The notes under the pieces were generated by a model. It did no database searches. It was not told the origin of the DNA and saw only the letters and a list, made by a program, of their open reading frames with translations. 64,000 bases of DNA from Oikopleura dioica (lineage: Eukaryota; Animalia; Chordata): positions 4,774,001 through 4,838,000 of the forward strand of contig OU015567.1 of the NCBI GenBank assembly GCA_907165135.1, written 5' to 3'. A program made the translations under genes and the position numbers. Shown here piece after piece: positions 58,401-64,000 of the stretch (position 1 is the stretch's first letter; every line of letters starts with the position of its first letter).

Positions 58401-61400
58401 GATCGGCTCGCCGAAGATGGCTGGAATACCGCCGACAGCGATTACAACAAACTCACATTTGAAATCATCAACCTCGCGTGCCAATTAGCCCTATTCGGCT
58501 TCTACAATTTCGGGCAATTACTGGAGCTTTCATCCACTGTCTTGAGAATCGTGGAGCGCCTTCACCAGCAACAGGATCCTCAATCTAGCAACTCTAGCGC
58601 GCCAACTGGCCCGGTTGGCTGGGCAGTTTCAAACGTAGCAATGGTCATGGGAAACGTCGCGCTAGGAAGTCACATCACTAATTCTACCGAGCATCCGAAC
58701 AATCAACAGTCACAACCTCACAACTTCACCAATCCTACTTCAACAATCAAATCCGATCAAAATGTCGTTCTTTCACTCGCTCGAGTCATACAAATCCTCG
58801 ATTTTGTCCTTGATGTCCGCCTCGATTATCGCGTCACCGCCATTCTCAGCTCCTTCAAAGATGAATTCGAGAAAGAAGCTTGGACAAAGGGCGAAACAGA
58901 AGGCGTAGACATCATCAATCGTCGAGCAGACGAGCTGACGAAGGAGAGCATTCGCCTGGACCTGGATCATTCCGGTGGGAAAATGTTCCTCCGCGTCATT
59001 TTCCTCCTCATTCTTCACGACGATCCTCCTTTGGTCTCCGGAGCACTGAAGCTGCTATTTCGTCATTTTAACCAGCGAAACGAGCTCGTGGAAGCGATGA
59101 AGAATGTCCAACTCCTGATTTCCCATTCTAACGTCGATCAATACAAACAGATCAAATACGATGTCGAAGAATTAAGCCGACTGACTCAAGAATCCGAGCT
59201 CTGGATCCCCGTTCAAGTTCCAGAAAGCCAGGAGGAAGAAAAAGAAGTCAAAGCAGAGCTAGAAAAGGGCATGAAACGGGCTGGAATACGAAAGCAAGAC
59301 TCCATCCTGATTTTTGCCTCCGACGCGGCGCCGATGAGATCGAATTTGTTCCAAAAACCGAATACTGTCGATTTCGCACGGCTGGAAAAAGCCCTCGATC
59401 TTCCTGGCAACTCCGTTTCCTCCGAAAATTATAGAAAGCTGCAGGACATTCTTACGCGCTGGATCGAAAGCTGCCTCGATAAATCGCCCGATGACAAGCA
59501 CTCTCAGCAACGATTGCTGCGAAATCTCAAGGCTCACAAAGAAGTGATCGAGTTTTTGAAAAGCTCGAGAGATTGCAGCGACTATGACGTTCGAATTCAA
59601 GAGATTCAGCGGCTCGCGCACATCTTTCTCATCCACTTTTGCCAGAATAATAAGGAGAATCAAAAGCTCCTCCACCAGGATCTCAAGATCTTCCTTTCAA
59701 ACATTCACGATGTCCTCGATGCGCAGACAATGACGGCAATTTTCAAGGGCAACGCAGAACTCTGCAATTCTATGACGCTTTCAATCGTCCAGCAGTTCGT
59801 TTCTTGCATTGAAAAACACGGAAAGAGCGCTGAATACATCGACTTCTTGATGACTGTCGTTCGCGATTCGGATAGAAATCGAAAGCAGATTCAAGACATG
59901 GTGATGATCGAACTGATGACCTCGCAGACGACGGAAGATGTGCTGATGTTCTACAATGATGGAGCGAGCTTCACGAGACTTGAACGAGCAATGAAGCTGT
60001 CAGTGGAGAATGGCCAGCTTTGCGGCGAACTTGAATATCACTGCGCCTTGGTCAAGCTTCTCTCCTGCTGTACCGAAGGAAAGAACTACAATACGGAAAT
60101 TAAATGTCATGGGTTACTTCCGCTTGACGATATCACAAGCGTGATCACTAACGATTCTTGTCTTCCACAGCTCAAGCGCGTTTACTGCCACTTTCTCGTC
60201 CACTGCTACATCGACACCGAATCCGAGATGAAAGAAGTCTACAACTCCCGCCATATTTGGGCCGTTTTCAAGACTTTCATCAAAGACATCAGGAATCTTC
60301 TCAACGAAGAAGCGAAAATCCCATTCATCGACAGCCTTGAAAGCTTTGTTATGAATGAAATGGCCATGGTCACTAGTGAATTCCTCGGCTCCAAGTTCCT
60401 CGAGCCATCTGCCATCTCCGGCGATTCATTGAACGAGGAGATCTTCCGCGACCTGGCGACAGCTTTCGTCGATTTTTGTAAAATTAGACGGCTCTCTTTC
60501 AGAGTCAAGACGCAGATCAGCGAAATGCTGCGCATAATCCAGCAAAAGGTCAAAATGGCGCGCATCGACATGGGTGGGACGTTTGACGAGGATCTCAAGC
60601 AGATCGTCGAGGACAAAGCGATCTCCAACGCGGCGAATAAATGGAAGAACAAAATGAAACGCTCTAGAACGGCAGGATCGATTGGGCTCAGCCTTGATGT
60701 CCCGTCGGAGCAGATTAAATATCAGAAAATCTTAAGTTAGTTCATGATTTCCCATCCCATTTCTAATTCTTTTTTTAGTGGGATTTCAAACCGTCATCGA
60801 CAGCTGCGAAGAATTTTTCTGCGAATACACACAAGCCGAAGAAGATGCGCTCGTCCAGCTGATCTACCACTCCGAACTGCTTTTTCAAGACAAGTCCGAC
60901 TACCGCCGCCGCTGTTCTGATGGCGAATTCATCAAGAAGCTGATCTCCCACTCTCGCCACACTCTCTGCCATGATCCCACAGCGCGTCACGTGATTTCCG
61001 ACGCAGGTATGGTTTGACACAAGAGTCAAAACAAAAGTCGGTTACGGACAATTCTTAATACTCTTTCTTTAATTCTAGCGCTGGCGCTTAGGCGTTCTAT
61101 TATAAAAAGAGGTTAGATCGCAAGAAGCTAAATATGAGTAGATTTCTGATTTCTGAGGAAATTATTCAGCTTTGAATTATTTTCTGAAATGTTAAAAGAA
61201 CCAATTGAATGTTGCATGAAAAATATTTTGTTGATTTTCTTTCTTGAAAATTGAAAATTTAATTAATGCTCTGTCTAATTATTTCTCGAGCTCTTAGTCC
61301 TCGTTGATTTAAAATTTCGAACTTGCATCACTATTCGGGAATTGATTCGGGAATCGGTGTTAAACCAGTTTTGACAGGGTCCTTTTACTATTCAGCAAAT

Positions 61401-64000
61401 CCACATGAGGAAGAAGACCTTTGCATCCGCATTCTAAAGATTCTTGTGGAACTGATCAACTCGCAGAAAGTCAGCTATTTGGAAGCAGAACTGGCGACAG
61501 AAGCAGATGAATCGGGAAAGCAAAAGAAGCTTACTCCTAGGCGCCATTTGCTGATTCATTATTTCAAAACGGGAGAAGAGAGTTCGCTGCAGAAGTTCTC
61601 AGAAAGGGTAAATAAAAAAATGACGTAGGGGAATTACGTGGTGAACGTCATGGCATCTGTTCGTGACGTTCTCGTGTGGTCAATATGAATTAACGTTGAC
61701 ATTCCTTCATCATCAGTTCAGTCGCCGAAAGAACGCCTCATCCAAATCCAAAACTTCCTGAATCGTCTGGGCGCTACTGAACTTTTCATTCACCTGATCC
61801 GCTTCACTAAATCGGATCGCGTCTTCGAAGAAGCTCTCAATCTTGCCATCACAATCCTCGACGGCGGAAACAACGAAATCCAGTCCCAATTCCTCAAGCT
61901 ATTGAAGGTCGACTCGAAAGATTCAGAACGGTTCTTCTCAGTTTTGAAAGATCGAATGGAGCAGAGCCAACAAGACATCAAGAATGGCAGCTCGGTGTCA
62001 ACTGATGATCTCTTTGCGCTCAAGAAAGGAGGTGCTTCTTCCCACAGGTAATTCACTTTCTCATCCTTTTCTTCTCTCAGCGATAATTTTAGTGGAATAA
62101 CGAACATGTCCCAATTCGTCGCGGAAGATATGCACGAAGCCGCAAATCTGAGCGCCAAAGCCATCGAATCCATCCAACTTGGCTCCTCAGAATACGTTGG
62201 CCGGACACTCGGCGTCGCTGAAACAGAGATCAAGGAAGAGTGTCCGCTTACCAATTCTGTACGCCTTATGCAACCGCTCATGCGTTTCCTCCAGGTTACA
62301 AACCCAAACTGTTTCCGATCGCTCATAATATCTTCAGCTATTATGCGAAAATCACAATCGAGACTTGCAAGGCTATCTCCGCGAACAAAACAACAAAACG
62401 AACTTTGATCTGGTTTCTGAAACGCTGAAATTTCTCGACTGTATTTGCGGAAGCACAACTGGCGTTTTGGGATTGCTAGGATTGTATATTAATAAGAACA
62501 ATGTAAATTTGATAAAACAAGCGCTGGAAACGCTCACTGAATACTGCCAAGGTATAGTTTTCACCATCATGTTTTTGAATCAAAGCTTTTTAGGCCCTTG
62601 CTGCGGAAATCAGCATGCGATTGCGATGCACGAATCAAACGGGCTTGACATAGTCACTGCTATCGTCGTGGACGACATGGAGTCTCTCAAAGGCCAAGGA
62701 CTCGACGAAGACGTCCATGAATTGAAGCTCTCTGCATGTAAACTCCTTCTCGCTATCATCGAGTCGCGCCAAGACTCTGAAATCTACAACCGAATCTACA
62801 GGAGCGTTGGTCAAGGGCCGCGACAGCTGCTGAAGGCGATGGTGGTCAGCTATCAAAGTCGACATTTGAATTCGGCGGAAATTGAGACTGTTGGACATTC
62901 ACTCTACATTTTGCTCTATCAGCTGTCGAAGAGAAATCCAGAGATCAAGGTAAAGCTTCGTTTTTTTTTCTGATCCTCACGCGGATACTTTAGGAGCTGA
63001 TGACGGATGAAGGAGCGATAACACAAGAAGAAAGCACTGCCGTAAATTTCTACGCCGCTCGAACTGCTCAAATCGAAATCGTCCGTGATAAAACTACAAT
63101 GGAGGAAATCATTTTCCCAATCCCCGAAATCTGTCGATTCCTGACTGAAGAAACGAAAAAGACGACCTTCTTCGAAACGGAAATGGACGACAAAGAATCA
63201 AAAATCGCCGATTTCTTCGAAAGATCGGAAGGAATGTACCGCGAAATGGCTTGGCAGGAGAGGCTTCAAGCGTATCCGACGCTCAACTGGATTACTAGAA
63301 GAATTTCTACTTGGGATAGGATCGCGTTCTTGTTGGCTTTGATTATGAACTTGATTGTCGCCTTCTTTTATCCGTTCAATGATGATCTGTTTCCTTGGGA
63401 CTCGAGCTACATCAGGTTAAACGCTGCCTTTTATCTGCCAGATCATAATACCTATTTCAGTGTCATTTTCTTATCCCTTCTCGCCTGTATCGTCGGTCTT
63501 TTCTCTGATTTCCGCGAGCGGGCTCTTCATGGTCTTGCAATATCCTCCGTTCTTTGGCTTCTTGCTCGCAAGGGCCCAACTTTCGTCCTCGTTGTTCTCG
63601 GATTCTTCAACATCATGAATAAAGCAGCGTTCATCGTATCATACGTTGGCAATCGCGGCTTCCAGTATGATGACAGTAATTTACTGAGCATTTTGAACGA
63701 TCGCTCGTTGCTTTACCACTGTGCGATGTTGATGGTCTGTCTTATCGGCTTCTGCTACCGTTCTTATAGTTACAGTGTCTTGCTCATGGACCTGGTCCAT
63801 CGAGAAGAAACACTGTACAATGTGATTCGATCTGTAACGAGAAATGGCCGGTCGATTATCTTGACGGCCATGTTCGCCAGTATCTTAGTCTACCTGTTTT
63901 CCATCATCGGCTATTTATTCTTCAATGATCAGTGTATTGTGGAAATCGAAACAACTAGAAGATTTACCGAAATGGTCAACGAAACCGTCGACGGATTTGT
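55420..64000 (+). CDS. ITPR1: Inositol 1,4,5-trisphosphate receptor, runs off the window within the TM region
   Basis: [27 protein letters not shown]; RDCLFRICP; [16 protein letters not shown]; [11 protein letters not shown]-like [11 protein letters not shown]; [10 protein letters not shown]; [14 protein letters not shown]; CTEGKN; [31 protein letters not shown]. Ortholog subtype not resolved. Confidence 0.97.

Overview
This is a compact, intron-rich animal genome segment, most consistent with the appendicularian tunicate Oikopleura. That assignment is an inference from 35-130 bp introns, several GA/GG/GC-AG introns and densely packed co-oriented genes with an AG acceptor just before each ATG. 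I reconstructed about 27 spliced genes by hand. They include MRG15-like, a PLA2-fold protein, two FKBP12 paralogues, a class A peptide GPCR, AS3MT-like, a trypsin-like protease, a 45-aa twin-CX9C protein, a Baeyer-Villiger monooxygenase, bifunctional PAM, ABT1, SERP1, two tandem small membrane proteins, GNB1L-like, MRPS9, a C2H2 zinc-finger gene, CCDC124, CTNNBL1, a Kelch-like gene, an LU/SEA membrane protein, three tandem sulfotransferases and the 5' part of an IP3 receptor. Mobile DNA comprises one intact, very young Ty3/gypsy LTR retrotransposon (identical 255-bp LTRs, TA...CA termini) inside a GNB1L intron, six non-autonomous hAT-type elements with perfect 8-bp target-site duplications (two in coding exons, one on a splice acceptor, one nested in another), a hairpin-type excision footprint and several fold-back repeats. 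Four single-base homopolymer frameshifts in conserved genes suggest consensus errors. Exon boundaries are manual and approximate, and no database searches were run.
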